A stretch of DNA of 64,000 bases from an uncultured Planctomycetota bacterium (GTDB lineage Bacteria; Planctomycetota; Planctomycetia; Isosphaerales; Isosphaeraceae). Positions 10,932-20,377 of this stretch are shown one piece after another. The notes beneath the pieces were generated by a model. That model had not been told where the DNA came from. It made no database searches and saw nothing but the letters and a program-made list of their open reading frames with translations. Location: positions 512,001-576,000 of the forward strand of contig CAWGMQ010000003.1 in NCBI GenBank assembly GCA_963823665.1. Reading direction: 5' to 3'. How positions within the stretch are numbered: the first letter of the stretch is position 1; every line of letters begins with the position of its first letter. The position numbers and the translations under genes were made by a program.

Positions 10932-11849
10932 TTGCGCCATGGGAACTGCACCCGCCCATCAGTTCCACCGCAACATATACTAAACGGTTGTCCCCCATCG
11001 GGGAAATTATCACAATTGGGCTCGAGCGACAAGGGCCAAGGCCCCTCGCTCATGGGTGATTCGCAAACGATGGGTTATGGCGTCAGTGATGGCGCACAGT
11101 ATCCGAGCTTGATTGGCAAGACGCTCGAGGCACGCTTTGGACCGGACCGGTTTACAATGATCAACACGACGTTGGCCGGTATGGGGAACGGCCGGTGGAT
11201 CAAATTGTTGCGAGGGGGCGTTTGGGGGTTTCAGCCCCGGCTGGTGATCCTGCAACTCTCCAACACTGACTTTGGCGACAATGAACGGGAAGGGCTTTTC
11301 AAGCTGTCCCCTTCGGGTGAGCTGGTCGAGCTGCCCTTGCAGCCCGCTCCGATGATGCTCCAACTCGATCGGCTCGTCGACGCGATTCCTGGCCTGTCCT
11401 ATTCCTACACGATTGGGCTGTGCAAGCAGGTGGTCGCCCAGGTGATCTCCCAGCACGCCCGGACGATCGCTGCTGCCGGATCATTCAATCCGCCAGGGAG
11501 TCACCCACTGACCTACAAACTCGTCGAGGAGTCGATCGCGATGTGTCGGCGTGAGGGCTGGCCGGTGCGGTTGCTCGCGACCGATCATGAGCGAGAAGCC
11601 CTGGCGGAGATCGAGCAGTTTTGCAGCCGGCTCCATGTTCCGCTGGTTGCGGTGCCAACCAGACGCATGCGTCCGGACCTGTTTTATGCGATCGACCCTC
11701 ACTGGAACGTGGCGGGGCAACGCTATGTGGCGGACTTGATCGAAGCGCGGCTCGCAGCCGAAGGAATTCTGCTCGGCTCGCCGGAGCAGAAGAGTGAAGG
11801 CGGACGCCAGACGACCGCTGCGCTCAACTGCCGCGGCGACGCTCGATGA
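10932..11849 (+). CDS. SGNH/GDSL hydrolase family protein, probably N-terminally truncated
   Basis: MGDSQTMGYGV block I and DPHWN (DxxH-like) block V; no convincing N-terminus or RBS. Confidence 0.65.
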   Translation: MRHGNCTRPSVPPQHILNGCPPSGKLSQLGSSDKGQGPSLMGDSQTMGYGVSDGAQYPSLIGKTLEARFGPDRFTMINTTLAGMGNGRWIKLLRGGVWGFQPRLVILQLSNTDFGDNEREGLFKLSPSGELVELPLQPAPMMLQLDRLVDAIPGLSYSYTIGLCKQVVAQVISQHARTIAAAGSFNPPGSHPLTYKLVEESIAMCRREGWPVRLLATDHEREALAEIEQFCSRLHVPLVAVPTRRMRPDLFYAIDPHWNVAGQRYVADLIEARLAAEGILLGSPEQKSEGGRQTTAALNCRGDAR

Positions 11850-11989
11850 GTGATCGATGGAAAACGCAGGGGTTGACAGGTGGGATCGGCCGTGTTGAAG
11901 AGCATCGCTTCAGTAACAGAACGGCCGGGTGTTGGAGATCAAGACGGGGTAACGGAAGAAGGCTGCGGGTTGCGCGGGGGAACGCGTCC

Positions 11990-12751
11990 ATGACGACAGT
12001 CCTGGGAATCTCGGCACTCTATCACGACAGCGCCGCTGCTCTGACCGTTGACGGTGAAGTCGTCGCGGCCGCGCAGGAGGAGCGGTTCAGCCGTGAGAAG
12101 TACGACCCGCGGTTTCCAGCGCAGGCAGTCCGCTATTGCCTGGATGAAGCCGCGATCGGTCCCGAGCAACTCGATTATGTCGCCCTTTATGAACAACCCC
12201 TGACCAAGTTCGAGCGGCTGTTCGAGACCTACGTGTCCTACGCCCCGGACGGGTTCGCCAGCTTCCGGCAGGCCATTCCCGTCTGGCTGCGCCAGAAGCT
12301 GCACATTCCACGCGAAATTCGCCGCGGGCTGGAGGAACGGTACCGCGGCCAGATCTTCTTTCCCAGCCATCACGAAAGCCATGCCGCCAGCGCCTTCTTT
12401 CCCTCGCCGTTCGACGAGGCCGCCATCATCACCATGGACGCCGTCGGCGAGCGGTCCACTTCCGCCATCGGATTCGGCCGCGGCAACCACCTCGACTTGC
12501 TTCAGGAAATCCGCTTTCCCCACTTCCTCGGCATGTTCTACAGCGCCTTCACTTACTACTGTGGCTTCAAGGTCAACAGCGCCGAGTACAAGCTGATGGG
12601 CCTGGCACCCTACGGCGAGCCCAGGTTCGTCGACCTGATCAAGCAGAACCTGATCGATGTCAAGGACGACGGCAGCTATCGTCATCGGCCGCCGCCGGCC
12701 GGAGGGACAGAACGCGACATGATCACGTCCGGGCGAGCTCGCCAAACCTGA
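11990..12751 (+). pseudogene. NodU/CmcH-type carbamoyltransferase, N-terminal domain only
   Basis: LGISALYHDSAAAL, AAQEERFSR, HHESHAASAF, EYKLMGLAPYG; similarity stops after DDGSY (~12680) and the C-terminal domain is absent before the next gene. Confidence 0.85.
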
Positions 12752-12777
12752 GTCCGAAGCACTTCAAGGAGCCAAAC

Positions 12778-12990
12778 ATGGATCCGCAACGTGCTGACCC
12801 GAATACGACCGACAATGAGCAACTGTTCCTGAAAGAGAAGAATCCTGGCTTCCTGGCTGGATTCTGGCATTTCTTGATGGAGAGCAAGAAGTGGTGGCTA
12901 GTTCCGCCCCTGCTCTTCCTGCTCTTGCTCTGCGTGCTGCTCGCGCTGTCTCAAACCGCGGCTGCGCCACTTATTTACACCCTGTTTTGA
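12778..12990 (+). CDS. DUF5989-type small membrane protein
   Basis: FWHFLMESKKWWLVP...AAAPLIYTLF is characteristic of the small protein that accompanies carbamoyltransferase/SxtJ clusters. Confidence 0.8.
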   Translation: MDPQRADPNTTDNEQLFLKEKNPGFLAGFWHFLMESKKWWLVPPLLFLLLLCVLLALSQTAAAPLIYTLF

Positions 12991-13011
12991 GCGGGGGCGA
13001 GCCGAAGCGAT

Positions 13012-14461
13012 TCAAGGTTGGCCGGCGGCGGTGTATTTCCAGCCCGGGCCGCCGCCAAAGACACGGTTCGTGCCGGCCAGCGGCAAGCCAGTGATGAGCG
13101 AGGCTTCGAGCGAGAGCGCCCGAAGATCTTCGGGCTCGAGGTGGTGCACGTCGCTCTTGCCGCAGGCGCGGGCCAGAATCTGGATTTCCGAGGTCAAGGC
13201 GTGGAAGAAGTTGGCGACGCGCTCGGAGGCAGCCTCGACTTCCAGCCTTACGGCAAGCTCGGGATCTTGAGTCGTGATGCCGACCGGGCAGCGTCCGGTG
13301 TGACAGTGGTGGCACGAGTAGGGGGCAGCGCCGATCTTGTGGTAGTCTTCGATGAAGATCGGTTTGTTGCAGTTGAGCGCAATCAGGAGCGCCGTGCCCA
13401 GGTAGCAGGCGTCGGCGCCCAAGGCAAGCGCCTTGGCGCAATCGGAGCCGTGCCTGAGCCCGCCGGCGATCACGAGCTGCACCTTGCCGTAAAGGCCGAT
13501 GTCCTCGAGGGCGGCGCGTGCCTCACAGACCGCTGCGAGTGTCGGGATTCCGGTGTGTTCCTGCAGAAGCTCCGGCGAAGCTCCGGTGCCTCCTTCCATG
13601 CCGTCGACGACGATCACGTCGGCGCCTGCCTTCGCCGCAAGCCGGACGTCGTCGAAGACGCGCGACGCACCCATCTTGACGAAGATTGGTACTTCATGAC
13701 CGGTGGCCTCGCGCAGCTCTTCGATCTTCCAGATCAGGTCATCCGGACCGAGGAAATCAGGATGCCGGCACGGGGAACGTTGATCGACACCCGGGGGGAG
13801 ATCGCGGAGCCCGGCGATTTCCGCGGAAACTTTCGAGCCCAGAAGCAGACCCCCGGTGCCGGGTTTGGCTCCCTGGCCGATCGTGAGCTCGATCGCATCA
13901 GCCTGGCGAAGGTGCTGGATGTTGATGCCGTAGCGGCTGGGCAGGACCTCGTAGATCAGAACCCGCGACTCGGTGCGCTCGAGATCGAGCATTCCACCGT
14001 CGCCGGTGGTCGAAGACGTGCCGGCCATCCGCGCCCCGCGTGCGAGTGCCTGCTTCGCCTGCCGCGAAAGGGCCCCGTAGCTCATGCCGGTGACCATGAG
14101 CGGGATGTCGAGCTCGAGCGGCCTGGTGGCGAATCGCGTGCCCAGGACGGTGCGTGAGGAACACGCCTCGCGGTAGCCTTCCAGCGGAATGCGGGTGAGC
14201 GTGCCGGGCAGGAACGTGAGATCGTCGAAGGTGGCCCAGGTTCGCTCGCGGAGCGCGCCGAAGCCGCGGATGCGGTACCTTGCGCAGCTCGGCTTTGATC
14301 TGGATGTCCTCGATCACCGCGGGGCTGAACGTCGCCGAGGTGGCCGCGGGGGACGGATCGCCACCGATCCGGCGAGCGGTGTCCGTCGCGCCGAAGAATG
14401 GGGTACGCGGCTGCGAGGCCTGCGGCTGCCCGGCTCGGTCAAACGACTCGCCCGGGTCCAT
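13012..14461 (-). CDS. mgsC: FMN-binding glutamate synthase-like protein, N-methylglutamate synthase subunit C type (frameshift ~14285)
   Basis: SATF, FDDLTFL, PLEGYRE, TGMSYGALS, STTGDGG, GQGAKPGTGGLLLG, RSPCRHPD, DGMEGGT, CHHCHTGRCPVGITTQDP; context with mgsAB and gmaS. Confidence 0.85.
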
Positions 14462-14477
14462 GAGTCCCCTCCCTCTC

Positions 14478-15377
14478 TCAGATCATGAACTCAGGAGCGA
14501 CCGGTTCCGAGCTTGCCGCCGATCCATTGGCGCCGGCGGAGGGAAGCCCGCGGGCAGTGCTCGATTCGCACTCGCGAAGGTATTGCTTCGCGGGCTCGGC
14601 GAAGTCGGAATGGTTGGTCAGCTTGAGCACTCGCTGAAAATCGGCGGCGGCCTCGCGCACGAGCCCCTTCCTGAGCAAACAGATGCCGCGGTTCAAGTGC
14701 GTGTCGGGGTCGTTTGCCCGCAGGGTCATCAGCATGCCGAAGTCGGCGAGGGCCGAGTCGAAGTCGCCGCTCTCGAGGCAAATCTTGCCGCGCTGCGTAT
14801 AAGCGGCGGTGAACCGCGAATCGCGCTCGATCGCCCGCTCGAAGTCGGCAAGCGCGAGCGTTTTCTCGCCCATTGTCTGATAGAGAGCGCCCCTGCGGAA
14901 ATAACCTTCCGCCAGATTGGGCGACGTCTTGATCGCCTGGTTGTACTCGCGCAGCGCGGCCGCATATTTCTTCTGGGCATGATGCCGCCGGCCCGCCCGG
15001 AGCCGGCTCGGCACGAGCTCACGGAGCCGGCGCCTGGTCGAAACTAGCACGGACGACATCACGACCGCAGCGACTGCCGGCAACGTCACCAGCCCGAGCA
15101 GCAGCGACAGACGCGACCGTTCGCTTTGACGGTACGTTGTGACCGCGATGTGTGCACTGCTCCGCACCGTGACGGTTTGCTCGCGAACTGTCCACATGAA
15201 AGCCACGATGGCCACGACGGCGAGGAGCCCGAAGGCCCGGGCCGTTTTCCTGAGCTTGCCGAGGCTCAGGCAGGCGACGGCAATCACCAGCAAGAGAGCG
15301 GCTACGCCCAGTGCCGCGAGCAGCGCCGTACGGCTCGGCCAATTGATGATACGATCATAATAATCAGCGAACGTCAT
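14478..15377 (-). CDS. Membrane-anchored TPR protein
   Basis: Three N-terminal hydrophobic segments then TPRs (AEGYFRRG, AAYTQRG, THLNRGICLL). Confidence 0.8.
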   Translation of the reverse strand: MTFADYYDRIINWPSRTALLAALGVAALLLVIAVACLSLGKLRKTARAFGLLAVVAIVAFMWTVREQTVTVRSSAHIAVTTYRQSERSRLSLLLGLVTLPAVAAVVMSSVLVSTRRRLRELVPSRLRAGRRHHAQKKYAAALREYNQAIKTSPNLAEGYFRRGALYQTMGEKTLALADFERAIERDSRFTAAYTQRGKICLESGDFDSALADFGMLMTLRANDPDTHLNRGICLLRKGLVREAAADFQRVLKLTNHSDFAEPAKQYLRECESSTARGLPSAGANGSAASSEPVAPEFMI

Positions 15378-15651
15378 TTTAGGAGAGCTCTCACCGCCGC
15401 CGTCCCCGTTGTCATCGTCGCGGGAGCACGCTTCGCTCTGCGAACACTAGAAGATTTTGACGATCAGTTCCCTGAACCCGCCTGGGGCCAGTTGTTGCGG
15501 CCGACGGATTGTTGATCAAAAGTCTGCAGGAAGGGTTTCGCCACCAGGATGAGTGCAGCCAGGCGCCGTTCACTCTACGGGGCGCGATGCGCGGTGTCAA
15601 TTGCGTCGAGCGGCGGCCCCACCAATTTTTCCCACTGGAGCTCCCACGCGA

Positions 15652-16380
15652 TCACAAGGCGGCTTTCCACAGTGCTCGCTCGCTCCGCTCGAAGTTCCAG
15701 AGCCTCCTGCCGGAAACCACCTTTTGAAAGCCCCCCGGCGGGGCAGTCACCTTGTAGCGCTCGAGCGAGGTCGCGATCAGCTCGAGGTCGGCGTCGGAAA
15801 CCTCTTCGTAAACCGCGTCGGCGCCGAGCTCGCTACAACTGCCGCCGAGAAAAACGGTGCCGGCATACATGCTGTCGGCGAGCCCGGCACCGGCGTCACC
15901 ACACACGACCAGCACGCCCTTCTGCATCATGAATCCGGCCATCGGGCCCACGCTGCCGGCCACAATGAGCATCCCGCCTTTCATCGCGATGCCGGCGCGA
16001 GTCGACGCATCGCCCCTGACCACAACCGTTCCAGCACGTATCGAGGCGGAGACGGCGTTGCCAGCGTTTCCGTCGATTACCACAGTGCCGTCACGCATGC
16101 TCTCAGCGGCACCCCACCCTGCTCCGCCGTGGACGAATAATGTGGCGCCGTCGTTCAAGCCCGCGACGTAGTAGCCGACGCTCCCCTCGATCGTGAGCTC
16201 GATGCCCTCCGGCAGGCCGACGCCCAGGTTGTGCCGGCCGCCGGGCCGAAGCAGGCGAATCGTCCTGTAACCCGAGGCGATCGCAGATCGAATCGCCTCG
16301 TTGATTGCGCGGACAGGTCCTTCGCCGCAGTCGACGACCTCCGCGTTCCCGTTCGACGGCAGCGACGCACTCGAGGTCAT
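15652..16380 (-). CDS. mgsB: GXGXG-domain protein, N-methylglutamate synthase subunit B type
   Basis: HNLGVG, GSVGYYVAG and repeated GxAG...xMxxG beta-helix units; 4-bp overlap with mgsA. Confidence 0.85.
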   Translation of the reverse strand: MTSSASLPSNGNAEVVDCGEGPVRAINEAIRSAIASGYRTIRLLRPGGRHNLGVGLPEGIELTIEGSVGYYVAGLNDGATLFVHGGAGWGAAESMRDGTVVIDGNAGNAVSASIRAGTVVVRGDASTRAGIAMKGGMLIVAGSVGPMAGFMMQKGVLVVCGDAGAGLADSMYAGTVFLGGSCSELGADAVYEEVSDADLELIATSLERYKVTAPPGGFQKVVSGRRLWNFERSERALWKAAL

Positions 16381-17312
16381 GCAGTCCTCAACGGATAGAA
16401 CAGTACCGAGCCTGGGGGCGGCTCGACCGCGATGTAATCCCCCGGTAATGCCCGCCGCAGCGCAATCTCTTCGGTTGCCACCGCGACGAAATCGTCTGTC
16501 TCCGCCAGCATGAGCGGTTTGAATCCGTAGCGGTCGCGCACGACCCCCAGGCCCTCGGTCGAAGCGACCAGGTAGTTGAATGCTCCGTCCAGGTCGGCAA
16601 CGGAATCGGCGAGCGCGCCCTCCAGGCTGCGCCCCTCTCCCATCCGATCGCGGAGGTAAACGCCGATCACCTCGGAATCATTGTCGGTGTAGAAGATCAC
16701 GCCCTGCTGCTCGTAGCGCCGGCGAAGCTGATGGAAATTTGTGACGTGGCCGTTGTGGACGGTGGCCAGGTCGGGGACTCCATGCACCCAGAACGGCTGG
16801 GAGTGGCTCAAGTCAATGCGGCTTTCGGTGGATAATCGAGTGTGGCCGATGGCCAGCGGGCCGGTCCAGGCGGCGATCGAATAAGCCGCCTCGAGCTGCG
16901 ACGGCGAGCCGACCTGCTTGACCAGATCGAGCCTGTGGCCGAGACTCAGGATTTCCAGTCCGCCGCGGCAGGCACCGAGTGCCTGTTCGAGAACGGTCGG
17001 CGTTACGCCGGGGTTGGGAACGAAGCGAGCGCGCAGCGAGGAGCCGGTTCGCTCGCGACGGGAACCGACCGGGAGCGGGACCAGCCGGCCCAGGTGCGCC
17101 AGCCGTTCAAACGGCGGCTCGTCCCGACCGGCAAAGCGAATGAACCAGGCACCGTCCAATCCCGAGTCGGCGTCGGGCTCCCTTCCGATCATCGCCAGCC
17201 CGGCGCCATCGGGCCCCCGGCAGGCCAGTGCCTCGAGCATCGTGAGCATGATGCGCCCGCTGGAGGCCGACAACCGCCCCGACTTGTCCCGGAACCCGAC
17301 GATTCCACACAT
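16377..17312 (-). CDS. mgsA: Class II glutamine amidotransferase, N-methylglutamate synthase subunit A type
   Basis: MCGIVG N-terminal nucleophile, RGPDGAG, IGHTRLSTES, HSQPF, VHNG, DNDSEV, RDRYGFKP. Confidence 0.85.
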   Translation of the reverse strand: MCGIVGFRDKSGRLSASSGRIMLTMLEALACRGPDGAGLAMIGREPDADSGLDGAWFIRFAGRDEPPFERLAHLGRLVPLPVGSRRERTGSSLRARFVPNPGVTPTVLEQALGACRGGLEILSLGHRLDLVKQVGSPSQLEAAYSIAAWTGPLAIGHTRLSTESRIDLSHSQPFWVHGVPDLATVHNGHVTNFHQLRRRYEQQGVIFYTDNDSEVIGVYLRDRMGEGRSLEGALADSVADLDGAFNYLVASTEGLGVVRDRYGFKPLMLAETDDFVAVATEEIALRRALPGDYIAVEPPPGSVLFYPLRTA

Positions 17313-17444
17313 GGCCCACTCTGGTAAGTTGAAAATCGGCCGGCCGCACGCCAATTCTACTGGCCCTGGCGGCGGCTGTCGCCAACAATCGTGTTTCGAA
17401 TGCATCGGCCGCTCGTCGCAGCAGAAGAAAGGACCTCACCCGGC

Positions 17445-18815
17445 ATGGCCCACCTCGAGGCGGAGCTAACCAGGCTCGAACACCGAATGCAGGACGACGC
17501 AATCGCCTTCCTGCTGATCCAGTTCGTTGACATCCACGGGTCGGCCAAGGTCAAGCTCGTGCCGGCGAGCACGCTGAAATCTGTGGCCGCATCCGGCGCC
17601 GGATTCGCAGGCGGCGCCCTGTGGGGCATGGGCCAAGGACCTCACTCACACGATCTATTCGCCCGGCCTGATCTGAGCTCGTATACCCCTCTGCCCTATG
17701 AGCCGGGCGTCGCACGGTTTGCCTCCGATCTCCATGTCGACGACCAGCCCCACCCTTACTGCCCGCGGGTCGCGCTCAAGCGGGTGCTCGAAGAGGCGCG
17801 GCGACGGGGCTACGTCTTCAACGCCGGCATCGAGCCCGAGTTCTTCCTGGTCGTCAAGAACCCGGACGGCTCGATTCAAGGCTGGGATCCGTACAACGTC
17901 GATGATCTGGCCAAACCCTGTTACGACTTCAAGGGAATCTGTGGCGCGCTCGACTTTCTGCGTGCGCTCGGAGAGGGACTCGATCGGCTCGGGTGGGGCG
18001 TCTACCAGAGCGATCATGAAGACGCCAATTATCAATACGAGGTGAACTTCCAGTACGCCGACGCACTGACGACGGCCGACCGCTTCACCTTCTTCCGCAT
18101 GATGACCGGGCAGCTTGCACGCCGCTTCGGCGCGATTGCGACCTTCATGGCCAAGCCCTTCTCGACCCGCACGGGCTCGGGTGCTCATATGCATTACCAT
18201 CTCGCCGATGCCGGCGGCGGGGGCAATCTCTTTCTCGATGCGGCAGACCCGCGCAGGCTCGGTCTCTCAAGGACCGCGTATCAATTCATCGCGGGCATAC
18301 TCGAGCATGCGCCAGCGCTTTGTGCGGTCACGTCGCCGACGGTGAATTGCTACAAGCGGCTGCAGATGGGCCCCGCGCTTACCGGGTCGCGTTCGGGATA
18401 CACGTGGACGCCGGCGTTCATCACTTACGGCGACAACAACCGAACGCAGATGCTCCGGGTGCCGGATGGGGGCCACATCGAGGACCGGTCGATTTCGAGC
18501 GCGTTCAATCCGTATCTCGGAATCGCGGCGTACGTGGCCGCCGGTTTGGATGGGATTTCCCGCGGGCTTGACCCCGGTGAGCCGAACCTGGGGAATCTCT
18601 ATACCGCGGATATCGAGACGATGGCGAGCCGCGGCGTGCGGACATTGCCGCAGAGCCTCGCCGAGGCGATCGGTTTTCTCGAGCGAGATCAGGTCGTTCG
18701 CGAAAGCTTGGGGCCGATTGCAGACGAATTCCTGCGGCTCAAGCGCGACGAGTGGCGTGAGTATCATGCGCAAGTGGAAACCTGGGAGATCAAGCGATAC
18801 TTATCGGTGCTTTGA
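17445..18815 (+). CDS. gmaS: Type III glutamate-ammonia ligase / gamma-glutamylmethylamide synthetase
   Basis: FVDIHGSAKVKLVP, GAGFAGGA, GIEPEFF, KPCYD, VYQSDHEDANYQYE, TFMAKPF, YGDNNRTQMLR; divergent from mgsA. Confidence 0.85.
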   Translation: MAHLEAELTRLEHRMQDDAIAFLLIQFVDIHGSAKVKLVPASTLKSVAASGAGFAGGALWGMGQGPHSHDLFARPDLSSYTPLPYEPGVARFASDLHVDDQPHPYCPRVALKRVLEEARRRGYVFNAGIEPEFFLVVKNPDGSIQGWDPYNVDDLAKPCYDFKGICGALDFLRALGEGLDRLGWGVYQSDHEDANYQYEVNFQYADALTTADRFTFFRMMTGQLARRFGAIATFMAKPFSTRTGSGAHMHYHLADAGGGGNLFLDAADPRRLGLSRTAYQFIAGILEHAPALCAVTSPTVNCYKRLQMGPALTGSRSGYTWTPAFITYGDNNRTQMLRVPDGGHIEDRSISSAFNPYLGIAAYVAAGLDGISRGLDPGEPNLGNLYTADIETMASRGVRTLPQSLAEAIGFLERDQVVRESLGPIADEFLRLKRDEWREYHAQVETWEIKRYLSVL

Positions 18816-18840
18816 GGGCGCGAGATCGAAAGGCGAATTG

Positions 18841-20046
18841 ATGGACGTCTACCACGAGAAGAATGTGATCGTCGGTGCCGGCGCAATGGGATCGGCCGCG
18901 GCCTATCATCTCGCGCGGCGCGGCGAGCCGGTACTGCTGATCGAACAGTTTTCGCTCGGTCACGACCGGGGAAGCTCGCACGGGGCGGCCCGGATCACAC
19001 GGCACTCCTACGCCGACGCGGCGTACGCCCGGCTCATGCCCGCGGCATTCCGCGCCTGGCGAGAGCTTGAGGCCTCCTCCGGCGAAACCCTCTTTTTCCG
19101 GACCGGCGGCGTGTCGTTCTCACCGCCGGGCGTCGATTACGTCGCGAAGGTCGCAGCCAACCTGAATGAACTGGGAATTCCCCACTGGCGGTCGTCGGGG
19201 AAAGACTGGAACGCACGTTGCAGAGCCTACACCCTGCCCGGCGATTACGACGTCGTGTTCGAGCCCGATGCCGGCATGCTAGCCGCGGCGCGGGCTGTCT
19301 CGCTCATGGTCGAGCTGGCCCGCTGCATGGGCGGCGCGGCAACCCGCGTTCTGGAGCAAACTCCGGTTCGACAGATCGATCTCGATGGCGATCACCCGGT
19401 CGTCGTGACCGACGCGTCGCGGATCATCGCCGATCGACTCATCGTCTCGGCCGGCGCCTGGGTGAAGCGGCTTCTACCCGGATTTTCTGTGCCGCTTCGC
19501 GCGACACGCCAGCAAGTGCTCTACGTCACGCCCGATGACCCGGCACCGTTCCGGATCGGGTCGTTTCCTGTTTTTATTTTCAAGGGCGCAAGCGATCTCG
19601 ACGCTTTCTACGGGATGCCCCCGTTCCTGAATCCCGGAGTCAAAACGGCTCGGCATGGCGGCCCGGAAGTCGACCCCGAGAACGTCGATCCCACGCCGTC
19701 CGAAGAGGCCATCGCCAGCGTCCGCCGCTTTCTGGGCGATCACATCCCGGCGCTCGAAGACGCTCGAATCAGCCAGACCGAAGTGTGTCTTTATACGCTC
19801 GCGCCCAACGATCAATTCCAGGTCGACTTCATGCCGGGACGCGACGACATGCTCATCGCCAGCCCTTGCAGCGGACATGGATTCAAATTCTCATGCTTGG
19901 TCGGACACGCATTGGCAGACCTTGCCACTTCTGGCGTAACCGAGCTCGACATCGACGCGTGGCGAATCGATCCGACCGACACCCCGCAGCGTTCCGAATA
20001 TCGCTCGCAGCAACATCCGGCCGCCACCGGGAAACCTGACGGATGA
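18841..20046 (+). CDS. Monomeric sarcosine oxidase / N-methyltryptophan oxidase family flavoprotein
   Basis: VGAGAMGS, GSSHGAARITR, VCLYT (covalent-FAD Cys position), SPCSGHGFKF. Confidence 0.88.
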   Translation: MDVYHEKNVIVGAGAMGSAAAYHLARRGEPVLLIEQFSLGHDRGSSHGAARITRHSYADAAYARLMPAAFRAWRELEASSGETLFFRTGGVSFSPPGVDYVAKVAANLNELGIPHWRSSGKDWNARCRAYTLPGDYDVVFEPDAGMLAAARAVSLMVELARCMGGAATRVLEQTPVRQIDLDGDHPVVVTDASRIIADRLIVSAGAWVKRLLPGFSVPLRATRQQVLYVTPDDPAPFRIGSFPVFIFKGASDLDAFYGMPPFLNPGVKTARHGGPEVDPENVDPTPSEEAIASVRRFLGDHIPALEDARISQTEVCLYTLAPNDQFQVDFMPGRDDMLIASPCSGHGFKFSCLVGHALADLATSGVTELDIDAWRIDPTDTPQRSEYRSQQHPAATGKPDG

Positions 20047-20377
20047 TGCGCGACCCATTCGCCCGTTGCGAAAAAACCACACATTTCTCGCGAGTTTTGG
20101 CGAGATCGATCCTAAATTGTCAATCCCTCGTATAAGTGCTAAGAATTCAGGTGACGAAGGAGACACAAAGCTGGAATAGCTTGCGAGAATCGGGATCGAT
20201 CGAGCGGCGAAATGCTATCATGCTATCAATAACTCAATGTATTAACCGCACAGGTATTGAGTGGGTGAGCGGTGATCGCGATAATGGAGCACGGAATGGA
20301 GCCCGGATATCGTTCAGGGCCGGTCGTGCGATTTCATTTCCATTCCTTTCCGCCGAGAAGCGAAAGTATCTGCGTCT

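Noticed and set aside
13012..17312. Ordinary split glutamate synthase for ammonia assimilation
   Set aside because: Sequence details and the adjacent type III ligase fit the N-methylglutamate synthase set better, and no gltD is present.
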